A DNA stretch of 64,000 nucleotides from an uncultured Methanosarcinales archaeon (GTDB lineage: Archaea; Nanobdellota; Nanobdellia; Woesearchaeales; UBA12501), in contig CAYFJX010000008.1 of assembly GCA_964343705.1 (NCBI GenBank), positions 447 to 64,446 on the forward strand. The letters run 5' to 3'. The translations under genes and the position numbers were made by a program. This document shows positions 28,600 through 38,400 of this stretch, in pieces; position 1 is the first letter of the stretch; each line of letters starts with the position of its first letter. The notes beneath the pieces were generated by a model. That model did no database searches and had not been told where the DNA came from. It saw only the letters and a program-made list of their open reading frames with translations.

Positions 28600-28935
28600 A
28601 TAGCTTAGGGGGGACTTTTTATGTGCCTTTTAAAAACAACAGTAAAGGCTCTGGAAATGGTATGATTTGGAAGATAAATGTATCATTATTTCATGCTGAA
28701 TAATGAAGAATATTTACAGCACTATCACTCAAGAAGCAACGCAGAAAGTACAGTAAACATGATAAAAAGTAAATTCGGAGATAGAGTAAGAAGTAAACTA
28801 TGGACAGCACAGATTAATGAAGTGCTTTGTAAAATCATAGCCCATAATATCTGTTGTGTAATAATGGAAATGAACGAATTAGGATTAGAAAGCAATTTTT
28901 GCCCGAATAGTCAAGTAGTTGCCCGAAATGTCTAA
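28600..28935 (+). pseudogene. 3' remnant of a second transposase gene, frameshifted and truncated by the IS5-like insertion
   Basis: YVPFKNNSKGSGNGMIWK in one frame continues as MYHYFMLNNEEYLQHYHSRSNAESTVNMIKSKFGDRVRSK...AHNICC in another. This is a transposase C-terminal pattern, and the fragment begins right at the IS end. Confidence 0.5.
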
Positions 28936-29006
28936 CTTTTCATGGACTTATCGGGCAAAGCCTACATGGACGCAAAGCTTATATAGCTCGAAACCCTTAC
29001 GGAAAT

Positions 29007-29765
29007 ATGGTAAAAAGGTTAAAAAAAGAGCAGGTTGAGAATATATTTAGGCTTACAAAAAAAGGCATATCACTAAATAGAATAGAGAAGATTACTGGTT
29101 TAAAAAAGACAACCATCTATTATCATTTTAGAAAGATTAAGCCTAAAACAACCCAACCAATAATAGTTAATTCAGAAAATGATGAGTTGATAGGTGAAGT
29201 TGTAGGCTTATTTGCAGGAGATGGATCTTGTGATATAATGAAAAAAGGCAAATATAGAGTGAGACTCCATTTTAATATAACTGAAAAAGAATTTGTTAGA
29301 AAACTAAATGAAGATGTCCTAAAAAACATTTTTGGAAAAGAGCCCATGGTTTTTAGACAGGAAAATAGATTAAATCTTTGCTATTACTCAAAAAACATTC
29401 ATTTGTTACTTAACACTTACCTGACTTGGGATAAGTCAAGGAGAAAAACTTATTCTGTACAATTAAAGACACATAATCACCCCCTGGCTTTTTGTAAAGG
29501 TTTTATAAGAGGTTCTTTAGATAGTGATGGGTGTTTATCTGACAAAAAAATCAGTTTCGCAACAGTGTCACCTGGCTTAAAGGACAACATATCTTTTTTT
29601 CTGGAACAATTAGACATAAAACATTCAGTAAGAAAATATAAAGAGAAGAGATCAAACAGAAAGGACATTTACCACATTAATGTTATGAGAAAAGAACATG
29701 GTAGATTCATGGACATCATAAAACCAAGGAATATAAAGGGACTGAATGCACCAGCCGAGATTTGA
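29007..29765 (+). CDS. free-standing LAGLIDADG homing endonuclease-like protein with N-terminal HTH
   Basis: 252 aa; two LAGLIDADG motifs (VVGLFAGDGSC and FIRGSLDSDGCL). TTATATA box about 25 nt upstream, so possibly leaderless. The 3' end overlaps tRNA-Gly on the other strand. Confidence 0.8.
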   Translation: MVKRLKKEQVENIFRLTKKGISLNRIEKITGLKKTTIYYHFRKIKPKTTQPIIVNSENDELIGEVVGLFAGDGSCDIMKKGKYRVRLHFNITEKEFVRKLNEDVLKNIFGKEPMVFRQENRLNLCYYSKNIHLLLNTYLTWDKSRRKTYSVQLKTHNHPLAFCKGFIRGSLDSDGCLSDKKISFATVSPGLKDNISFFLEQLDIKHSVRKYKEKRSNRKDIYHINVMRKEHGRFMDIIKPRNIKGLNAPAEI

Positions 29766-29845
29766 ATTTCCGAACGCTCAGTCCCAAAACGTTTCTCGGA
29801 CCGCCGGCTTGGAAGGCCAGAATCCTACCATTAGACTACTGGTGC
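29747..29845 (-). tRNA. tRNA-Gly(UCC) with a roughly 28-nt non-canonical intron between the T-stem 5' strand and the T-loop
   Basis: GCACCAG/CTGGTGC acceptor; anticodon arm CTGGC-CTTCCAA-GCCGG. T-arm CCGAG...TTCAAAT-CTCGG is interrupted by AAACGTTTTGGGACTGAGCGTTCGGAAA (about 29767-29794). Mature length about 71 nt. Confidence 0.75.
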
Positions 29846-29939
29846 ATTAAGCAAAAAGAGAAATAAGTCGTTTATAAAGGTTTCTACCCTTATACAGCCT
29901 CAAATAGTCGAAAAGTATAAATAGGCACGTTTTAAAAGG

Positions 29940-30602
29940 GTGTACATGACACCGGATAAAGATTCAGTTATGGTCATTTGCGCCCATTCAGACGACCAAG
30001 TTATTGGAGTAGGTGGCACCCTTGCAAAATACATTGAAGAAGGCAAGGATGTTAATGTAATCATATTCTCATATGGTGAAAAATCACACCCTTGGCTTAA
30101 GAAAGAGATCATTGCTGAAACAAGAGTGCAAGAATCTGAAGAAGCAGCCAAGGTTCTGGGCATTACAGGAACACAATTCCTTGGACTTAATGAAGGTAAA
30201 TTCAAAGAAGAAATCAAGGAAAAAAACATTGACAAAGAACTTACTGCATTGCTCAAGAAGCATCAGCCAACAAGAATATTTACGCACTCTCCAGACGATC
30301 CACATCCAGACCATAAAGCTCTTAGCAAGTTTCTCACATCATTCTGTGAAAAAATTAACTATCCTGGCGATGTATATTGTTTTGATGTGTGGACACCAGT
30401 AAGCACAAAAAAGAGTGAAATGCCAAAAATGGTTGTGGATATCAGTGAAACATTCAAGAAGAAGAGAAAAGCACTTAATTGTTTTAAGAGTCAAAAATGG
30501 AATGCTATACTCCCTTTAATGTTTAGTATTTGGTGGGGAGCGTGGAAAAATGGAAGAAAAAACAGCTGCAAGTATGCAGAAGTATTTTACAAACTAAGGT
30601 GA
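29940..30602 (+). CDS. PIG-L/LmbE-family N-acetylglucosaminyl deacetylase
   Basis: 220 aa; VMVICAHSDDQVIGVGGTLAKY and HPDH motifs. Confidence 0.8.
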   Translation: MYMTPDKDSVMVICAHSDDQVIGVGGTLAKYIEEGKDVNVIIFSYGEKSHPWLKKEIIAETRVQESEEAAKVLGITGTQFLGLNEGKFKEEIKEKNIDKELTALLKKHQPTRIFTHSPDDPHPDHKALSKFLTSFCEKINYPGDVYCFDVWTPVSTKKSEMPKMVVDISETFKKKRKALNCFKSQKWNAILPLMFSIWWGAWKNGRKNSCKYAEVFYKLR

Positions 30603-30605
30603 ACA

Positions 30606-31742
30606 ATGAAAAAAAAGGTTGTGATAGTAACTGATAATTTCATCCCAAAAAGGGATGGAGTAACACGCTTTCTAAAGAATGTTGTACAAGAAATTAGTGA
30701 TAAATACACCATCACTATTCTGGCACCTTCATACAGTAGTTCATACACCACAGAAGAATTTCATGGTGCAAGTGTTATTCGTTTTCCGGTTTCAAGACTT
30801 GTAGGATTAGGAGGCTACAATGCAGTACTTGTGAGACCAAGCAAAATAAAACCCTACCTGCATGATGCAGACATTGTCTGGCTTAATAGTATGTCACCCT
30901 TTTGTACTTCTGCTTTGCGAGCTGCAAAACAATTGGACAAACCAGTTATTGCCTACAAGCATGCGATTGACTGGGATCTAGCGTCACACATGGCAGTTAA
31001 GTCAAAGATGATGAAGAAGTTGGTACGCTTTGGCCTTAAACAACCATTAAAGTACTTGTACAACAAGTGCGATCTTGTAATGGTCTCATCAAAGAACATT
31101 GCACGACACCTAACTGAGCAAGGTATTAAGACCAAGAAAACAATTATTCCATTGGGTGTTGATTGTGATTCATTTGTTGCTACAAAAGATAAAGATGCTG
31201 CAAAGGAAAAGCTAGGAATTAACGCTGAGCGTATAGTTGTGGGGTACTGCGGCCGTCTGAGTACTGAGAAGGATATTCCAACACTTGTAAAAGCCTTTTC
31301 TCGATTGCACCATCGTTATTTTAATTTATACCTCCTTATTGTAGGAGATGGTAATAGGAAAACAGTGACAGAATATGCAAAAAAGAATTATAGGATCACT
31401 GGCATGGTTGATGATGTTGTTCCCTACCTGCAAGCAATGGATATTTTTGTGTTGCCTTCTCTGACTGAGACTACTTCCTTGGCAACATTGGAAGCCATGA
31501 GTTGCGGTGTTCCTCCTATTGCAACACCAGTGGGGCATGTACGAGAGTATATTGAAAATAACTTTAATGGTATGCTGTTCCCTCGTGAAAATGTTGACGT
31601 GTTACAAGGACGCATTGAAAAGCTCATCAAAGATCCTGTAAAGCGAAAGCGAATGGGGGAATTGGCTAGGAAGACAATAACGACAAAATATAGTTGGGAA
31701 AGGACTATTGTACAGATAGATAGGGTATTAAGTAAGTATTGA
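30606..31742 (+). CDS. GT4-family (GT-B) glycosyltransferase
   Basis: 378 aa; C-terminal E.TSLATLEAMSCGVPPIAT (EX7E region). Confidence 0.8.
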   Translation: MKKKVVIVTDNFIPKRDGVTRFLKNVVQEISDKYTITILAPSYSSSYTTEEFHGASVIRFPVSRLVGLGGYNAVLVRPSKIKPYLHDADIVWLNSMSPFCTSALRAAKQLDKPVIAYKHAIDWDLASHMAVKSKMMKKLVRFGLKQPLKYLYNKCDLVMVSSKNIARHLTEQGIKTKKTIIPLGVDCDSFVATKDKDAAKEKLGINAERIVVGYCGRLSTEKDIPTLVKAFSRLHHRYFNLYLLIVGDGNRKTVTEYAKKNYRITGMVDDVVPYLQAMDIFVLPSLTETTSLATLEAMSCGVPPIATPVGHVREYIENNFNGMLFPRENVDVLQGRIEKLIKDPVKRKRMGELARKTITTKYSWERTIVQIDRVLSKY

Positions 31743-31765
31743 GTGAATAGTATGTGTAAAACAAG

Positions 31766-32521
31766 ATGGCCTTCAGATATAACCTCTTACAAAGAATACT
31801 AAAGAAAGTATATAGAAAATTCGATCCAGTTCCAAAGTCTCCTTGGACCCAGGGTCCTGTCTCTGATATTTGCGAAATCAATCTTGTACCCCCAGAAAAA
31901 TTAAAAATCTTCTTTGCTAAGTGCATAAAAACATTGCAAAAAAGTAAGGGAAAAGATATAGGTGCGTATCTTGAATTCGGAGTTTTTAATGGGTCTTCAA
32001 TGGCAAGCATGTATCAAACAGCAAAAAACATGGGGCAAGACTCAATGCAGTTTTTTGGGTTTGATGCATTCAGAGGACTACATAAGAATGCGGAAAAAGA
32101 GGATGGAGGAGTTTGGAAAAGAGGTCACTATTCTTGCTCATTTGCAAACCTGAAAAAGTGCTTAAAGAAAAAAAGCGTTAATCCAAGCAAGATCAATTGG
32201 ATCAGAGGATGGTATAATACCACACTAAATAAGCAAACAATCAAAAAATATAAAATTAAAAATCCTGGTATAGTTTTCATTGATTGTGACACATATAGTG
32301 CATCAAAAAAAGTACTTGACTTTGTTACTCCCCTAATCACCAGACCAGTCATTATATGTCTTGATGACTGGAAACTAAATGATCTTGACATTAAAGGAAT
32401 GGGAGAATATAGAGCCTTCAATGAGTTCTTGGAAAAAAATACCCATTTGCAAGCACAAGAGATGAGGTCTTATAACCGGAAATCAAAGGCATTTCTGGTC
32501 ATGCCAAAAAACAAAGGTTAA
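31766..32521 (+). CDS. TylF/MycF-like class I SAM-dependent methyltransferase
   Basis: 251 aa; GAYLEFGVFNGSSM (SAM loop) and IVFIDCDTYSASKKVLDF (metal-binding Asp pair pattern). Confidence 0.6.
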   Translation: MAFRYNLLQRILKKVYRKFDPVPKSPWTQGPVSDICEINLVPPEKLKIFFAKCIKTLQKSKGKDIGAYLEFGVFNGSSMASMYQTAKNMGQDSMQFFGFDAFRGLHKNAEKEDGGVWKRGHYSCSFANLKKCLKKKSVNPSKINWIRGWYNTTLNKQTIKKYKIKNPGIVFIDCDTYSASKKVLDFVTPLITRPVIICLDDWKLNDLDIKGMGEYRAFNEFLEKNTHLQAQEMRSYNRKSKAFLVMPKNKG

Positions 32522-32541
32522 AGAGAAAGATAAAAAAGAAA

Positions 32542-32778
32542 TTAATAATCTTCAAATTCATCATCATATTCTTCGTCGTACTCTTCTTCAAACTCGAGTT
32601 CGTCATCATCCAATTCAACATAGTCGTCATACACTTCTTCTGCAGGCTCAAACATTTCATCAACAACTGCCATGCCGGTGATGTCATCAAAACCACCAAC
32701 CATATAAAGAAGTCCTCCTAAAAGCGCGATTACTAAAAATACATGACTTGCTCGATCATAATCAACCACGATAATCAC
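32542..32778 (-). CDS. 78-aa anchored poly-acidic protein (TM - ITGMAV - D/E/Y tail)
   Basis: N-terminal TM LVIALLGGLLYMVGG, motif DDITGMAVVDE, then about 45 aa that are roughly 70% Asp/Glu with interspersed Tyr. AGGTGA SD. Confidence 0.65.
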   Translation of the reverse strand: MIIVVDYDRASHVFLVIALLGGLLYMVGGFDDITGMAVVDEMFEPAEEVYDDYVELDDDELEFEEEYDEEYDDEFEDY

Positions 32779-32851
32779 CTGTTTTAATCCTTAGTGTCTT
32801 CAAGAACATTTAGATTTATAAAGTTTATGAAAAAGAAAAGAAAAAGAAGAA

Positions 32852-33097
32852 TTATTCACCTTCTTCCTCATACATTTCATCTTCTCCATACTCTTCGTCG
32901 TCTTCGTACATTTCTTCATCTTCGTACTCTTCTTCAAAGTCTTCGTCACCTGCATCATCGTAGACAGCAAGACCAGTTGCATCGTCTGAGCCAAATACAT
33001 CGCCCATGATACCACTGGTAAACAAACCTACAACAGCTACAGCTGCTAGCATAAGAAACAGAAAACGGTTTTCACTTCGTGAGTCTCGTCGTGTCAT
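32852..33097 (-). CDS. 81-aa anchored poly-acidic protein, paralogue of 32542-32778
   Basis: TM LFLMLAAVAVVGLFTSG, motif DDATGLAVYDD, D/E/Y tail. Upstream AAACTTTTTAAATGCCC box is shared with the 33196-35328 gene. Confidence 0.65.
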   Translation of the reverse strand: MTRRDSRSENRFLFLMLAAVAVVGLFTSGIMGDVFGSDDATGLAVYDDAGDEDFEEEYEDEEMYEDDEEYGEDEMYEEEGE

Positions 33098-33195
33098 ACT
33101 ATCACCTGTTAGTTTTTTATTGATTGTTTAAGATAATTAGTGCCTTGGGCATTTAAAAAGTTTGTGAAAAGAAAAAGAGAAAAGAAAAAAAAGGT

Positions 33196-35328
33196 TTATT
33201 TGCTGAGACAATCAGCCTTATCCTTGCACGGACCACAGGAGAAATCTTTGTAGCTAGTTACTTTGGAACCTTTTTCCATGAAACCAGTTCTCCTTGTAGT
33301 AACTGCACGTCGGATTTCTTTGAGTGTCTTTTTTTCCTGATACACACCATAATCAAACATGTAATGGGTGGATTCTTGAGGTTGGGTCCAGTGTACATCC
33401 CAATTTAGAGCTCTCCCCATGCCGTACATGTAACCCCTATTAAAGATTCCACGGGCATAAGGTTTTTCAGCACCCTGGAAGATCAATTTCTTGGAATCAG
33501 CAAGAACCACAATCTTACTTGCCTTGTCACTTGTACTACATGCCCAAGAACCTTTTACATCGCCTTTAGGTATGACTGCTTTCTTTGCCTCGTGGTGTAC
33601 AGAAACCAAGCCACCTTTGAAACAGTAGTTCTTACCTGGCCTGTTTTCACATGCTTGACAAGTCCAGGACTTACTAGGACCTGATCCTGGAACAGGGAAT
33701 CCTACCTCGTTATGACGTTTCCTAACAAGATCCAAGGCATGCTTTCCATTGTCAAGCTTGTCATAAATCTTGACTTTGTACATATGGCTAGAATCCATGT
33801 GGAACTCAGTGATGGTACTTCTGCCTCTCCATATGCCTGGCTTCATACCATCAAGTTCAATAGTTTTGAAAATGTCTTTGCTATTTTTTTGGTACCACTG
33901 CATTTTGATGTGACCTTTTGTGTACAATTTTTCAGTTTTACCAATGGCACGTGTTCCCACTTTATTATCCATCAAAAGAATAGCTTTATTCCCATCATAT
34001 TCACATCGTACACCTTTCTTGTACTCTGGATCTGGATACTTTTTACCTTCGCACTTCCCAACTTCGTCCCGGTGCTTTGCCCGTTTACATTTACCGCTTT
34101 TACATTGGTTGTTTCGGTCACAAGGACGATTGTCACTAAGAAGTGTGTCAACACACTTGTAAGAACCATAGAATTTCCCAGTTTTCCGACTGATGTACCT
34201 TCTGCAAATACCTTTTTTACATTCACGGTTTGCTTTACTAAGACATTTTTTACCTTTGTCTTTCTTAGTCATGGTACACTTACTGTTTTTACAAGTTAAC
34301 CACTTTTTACAGTCAAGAGTGCCTCCTTTCTTATTGGTTCTACATTTATTCCCTTCACCACCAGAGTATGGTTTCACACATGTTCCATAAGGACCACACA
34401 TCAAGCTTCGTTGACATTCTGGACCTTTTTTACAAGCTGAGCCTTCAGGTCCTGTTCCTTGAACTCCTTTTGGAATATCACCAGGCTTCACACAGTAACC
34501 GCTTTTGTATTCGAGTTTACTTTGACAAGCAACAGCCCGAGGAGCTTCCTGTTGTGATCCTTTTGCCAATGCACACTTTCCACCATCACAAAACATGGTA
34601 ATACATGACGCGTCTGCAGTACATGATTTACCATTGTATTTCAAACCACACTTGCCTTCTTTTCCTTTTTTAATATCACAGAATTTTGATACACACTGGC
34701 TGTTTGCAGTACACTTAGAGTCTAAAGCTTTTTTACCATTACCACCTTGGAATAGGAGCGTGGTAAGTTCAGCCCTAGTACCTTCAAACTCACCTGCACC
34801 AGAAACTGATCTTTTGGAGGAGGATTTCCGTTTTCCTTTTAGTTTACCTTTTATTTTTTTTCCAACTTTACTCTTCATAGCTTTTTGACAGAGTTCTTTC
34901 CGACTTTTCTTCTTCATACTCTTCTTAGTACAACATTTCTTAAAATTTTTCCCCACAGATTTTACAGTTTTACAAGAAGATTTTTTTGTTTTTGATTTTT
35001 TCTTCGCCTTTTTCTTTATAGATTTCTTAGCCTTCCTAAACGTTTTCTTAGCAAAGTTACCAGTGATAGCGTTTTCACCCTCATCTTCTTCAGCTTTTTC
35101 TTCCATTTCAGTTTCGTAATCGTATAATGCATCAGCGTACGACACCGCACCGGTCAAAGAATTCTCTCCTTCAAGCTCTTCTTCCATCTCAGTTTCATAG
35201 TCATACAATTCATCAGCGTATGAAACCATACCAGTCATTGTTTCGTTTGCTTCAAATGTGCCATTTACATACAAACCGCCAACTGCAACTAATGCTATTA
35301 CTAGTAGAAGAACTCGATTTTCATCCAT
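33196..35328 (-). CDS. 710-aa secreted modular protein: TM, acidic repeats, polybasic block, Cys-knot repeats, C-terminal beta domain
   Basis: ATG at 35328 after AAGGTGA (the track begins at a TTG 6 nt upstream). Repeats TGMVSYADELYDYETEMEE / TGAVSYADALYDYETEMEE, then about 100 aa of about 45% Lys/Arg, then more than 40 Cys in CX5-7C..G.C spacing. Confidence 0.8.
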   Translation of the reverse strand: MDENRVLLLVIALVAVGGLYVNGTFEANETMTGMVSYADELYDYETEMEEELEGENSLTGAVSYADALYDYETEMEEKAEEDEGENAITGNFAKKTFRKAKKSIKKKAKKKSKTKKSSCKTVKSVGKNFKKCCTKKSMKKKSRKELCQKAMKSKVGKKIKGKLKGKRKSSSKRSVSGAGEFEGTRAELTTLLFQGGNGKKALDSKCTANSQCVSKFCDIKKGKEGKCGLKYNGKSCTADASCITMFCDGGKCALAKGSQQEAPRAVACQSKLEYKSGYCVKPGDIPKGVQGTGPEGSACKKGPECQRSLMCGPYGTCVKPYSGGEGNKCRTNKKGGTLDCKKWLTCKNSKCTMTKKDKGKKCLSKANRECKKGICRRYISRKTGKFYGSYKCVDTLLSDNRPCDRNNQCKSGKCKRAKHRDEVGKCEGKKYPDPEYKKGVRCEYDGNKAILLMDNKVGTRAIGKTEKLYTKGHIKMQWYQKNSKDIFKTIELDGMKPGIWRGRSTITEFHMDSSHMYKVKIYDKLDNGKHALDLVRKRHNEVGFPVPGSGPSKSWTCQACENRPGKNYCFKGGLVSVHHEAKKAVIPKGDVKGSWACSTSDKASKIVVLADSKKLIFQGAEKPYARGIFNRGYMYGMGRALNWDVHWTQPQESTHYMFDYGVYQEKKTLKEIRRAVTTRRTGFMEKGSKVTSYKDFSCGPCKDKADCLSK

Positions 35329-35412
35329 CACCAATCACCTTTTTTCATTTTTTAGGAATATAAAAACCTTTTTTAAGAATTATGGGCATTTACCTTTAAA
35401 AAGTTTGTTAAA

Positions 35413-38400
35413 TCAAACCTTTAAACTCGTAACTTGACTCACACCATGCTCGTTCATGCTTACACCATACAAACGATCTGCTTCTGCAATAACAGCGTCG
35501 TTGTGAGTGATAACCACATACTGTGCATTGCCAGTGTATTTCCGAATGAGTTGGGCAAAGCGTTCTGAGTTTCTTTTGTCAAGAGCTGCGTCAACCTCAT
35601 CAAGTACGTAAAAGCTTGCTGGTTCGTGTTCTTGAATTGCGAAAATAAATGCTAGTGCAGTGAGTGTTTTCTCACCACCAGACAAGCTTCGAATATCAAG
35701 GAATCGTTTTCCAGACAATCGCACTTTAATCATTAATCCGCCATCAAAGGGACTTTCTGGATTTTCTAGGACAATAGAAGCATCCCCTTTTGTTGAGATA
35801 GCAGAGAATAATACTTTAAAGTTGTTATTAACAATGTCAAATGTTTTCATAAAGAGATTTTTCTTTTTAGTTTCAATCTCGTTCATCATAAGCAGGACAT
35901 CTTCTTTTTCCACAATGAGTTTTTCTTTTTTCTGTACAAGAGACGCATACTCCTTTTCAATACTTGTGTAAATCTCAAGTGCTTTCATGTTTACTGCGCC
36001 AAGCTTAGTAACCACACCTTCCCAAATGCCAATTTGCTTTCGTAACTCCGCTGCTGGCTTTTTCACAATTTCAATACCCTCATAGTCTTTGTATTCATGT
36101 TCAAGACCTGCAATCTCAGCATTAACACGTGATAGTTCAATAGAACTTGTATTGAGTCTCAGTTCAATCTTACGCACCTGCTCTCCAACTTCTTCCATTT
36201 TGCTTGTTTCTTTTTTGATAGATTCATCAAGCTTTCCTCGTTTTGCAAAGAGCTCTTTGAATTGTGCGTGGAATTTTTGTTGTGCTGTTTCTTTTTGCTT
36301 AAGCTCCACACCCTTGTCTTGCATAAGTTTGTCAAGAGCAGCAAGTTCTTCCTTAAAGTCTTCTTCTTCCTTGTCATGTTGTTTGATTATCTTAAGAATG
36401 TTTTCAAGCTCTGGCCTGAGGATTGTATCCATTTGCGCGTCAAGATTCTTTAGGTCTGACTCTCTTTGTAAACCTTCTTCCATGCTTTGCTTGCGCTTTT
36501 CTTCAAAAGCATTAAGTTCTGCAATAAGTGAGGGGTTACGCAGCTCAACAATTTTGTTTCGCATTTCTTGCTTCTTTATTCTGTTTTGTGCAAGAGTTCT
36601 GTTTTGTTCTTGAATGTCATCCTCAACTTTCCTAATGTCCTTTTCTGATTCTTCAAGTGCTTTCTCCAGTTCTTTTCGTACTTTCCTGTTTGCTTCTGTA
36701 TCTGCAGCGTCAATATTAAGCACTTTTTCAAGTTTGATTATGTCCCCTTCAAGGTCAGCTTTGAACTGTCGTAAGCGTGCAATGTTTTGTTCAAGGTCTT
36801 TTCGTTCTTTATCTATCCGGGATATAAGTAGCTCTGCGTCTTGCAAGATTTTTTCATATTTTTCTATGTCTGAAGTTACTTCTTTTTGTTGGAATCCAAT
36901 ACCTAGTCGTTTTCTGTAACCACCCTGCATAACTCCTGAGAGTTCACTAAGGTCACCGTCCAGACTGACCATTTTTACTTTACCCACTCCAATTCGTCGA
37001 GCAACATCAATACTGTCAACAACAAGGGTGTTACCAAACACGTGACTAAAAACAGTTTTGTACTTAGGATTAAATTGCAATAAGTCTATAGCAAGTCCAT
37101 GTACGCCATTTGCTTTTTTTAGTTCAGCGATACCTTGTGCTGGAGCTGCCCCTCTTATTTTGTTCATTGGAACAAAGCTAGCAACCCCAAACTTGTTTTC
37201 TTTAAGAAACTTAATACACTGCACAGCTGTCTTGTCACTGTCCACTACCACACTCTTTAATTTGGATCCTGCTGCGATTTCTAATGCTTTTGAGTATTTT
37301 GATTCAGCTGTACCAAGTTCTGAGACAGTCCCATGAATCCCTTGGATTGAACCTTTTTGTTTTTGTTCAAGAATCTTCTTTAATCCAAGATCTCTACCGA
37401 GCACTTCTTGAATAGAAAGGTTTTGTGCGCGCAGCTTACCAAGTTGCTCACTTGATGTTGCACGCTTTCCTCTTGCAGTATCGAGTTGTGCACATAGGTT
37501 ACTATCATGATTAATAAGTTTAGATAATTCTAAGGTTGACTTTTTGAATTCTTCTTTCTTTTGTTTCAGTTCTTTTACTTGTGCCTGGTTTTCTTTTTCA
37601 ACTTCAAGCACTTTTTGTATTTTTTCGTCAATAGACTGTATCTGAAACTCAATTTTGTCTTTTTCTCTGAGTAGTTCTTGTTGCTTTTGGCGCAGTTCAA
37701 GCATTGCCTTTTGTTTTTGTTCTGCTTCCTTGTCAAGCTCATCAACTTGTTTTTCAATATCTCCAACATTGTCAAGCTTGTTTTTTTTCTTGAAGTCAGC
37801 AATTTTTTGTTCTATAACTCCTCTGAGCTTTTGCTTTGCTGCAAGTTGTGCTTGAAGTTCTTTTTTGTTTTCTTCATGCTTCTTGATTTTTGATCCTAGC
37901 TCATCATGGTTTTCGCGAAGCTGCACCTTACGTTGTTTTATTTTAGAGATCTCATTTTTAACTGCTTCAACACGATTTTTTGATGAAGCAATGTCAACTT
38001 TTAGTTTTTCAACTTCTTTGTGGATTTCAACTTGGCCTTTTTCTCCCCGCTCTTCAACTTGTTTATTGATCCCGCTAATTTCTTCGCCAAAACCTTTTAT
38101 TTTCTCTTTTGATTCCAGAACTCTGTTTTGTTTTTCTTCAAGTTGTTGTTTTGTTTGTCCGCTTACCTTGGATAGTTTTTCTTTTTCTGTTTTTTTATCG
38201 ACCATTGTTGCATGTAACAATGATGCTTTGTTGACTTTAATTTTATGAGTAAGATCATTGTATTTTTGTGCTTGTTCTTTTTCCTTGCCAAGTTCTTGCA
38301 AATGCGTCTTTCGCTCTTTAAGGACTATGCCTGACTCTTTAAGTTTTTCCTCAACTTTGTTAAGCTCATTCACTGCCTTTTGTTTTTTTTCTTCATACAC

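Noticed and set aside
32794-33015. Two 71-aa ORFs (both strands) overlapping the 81-aa acidic protein gene
   Set aside because: They are mirror readings of the GAA/GAT-rich acidic tail. The 81-aa frame has an SD, a TM helix and a paralogue.
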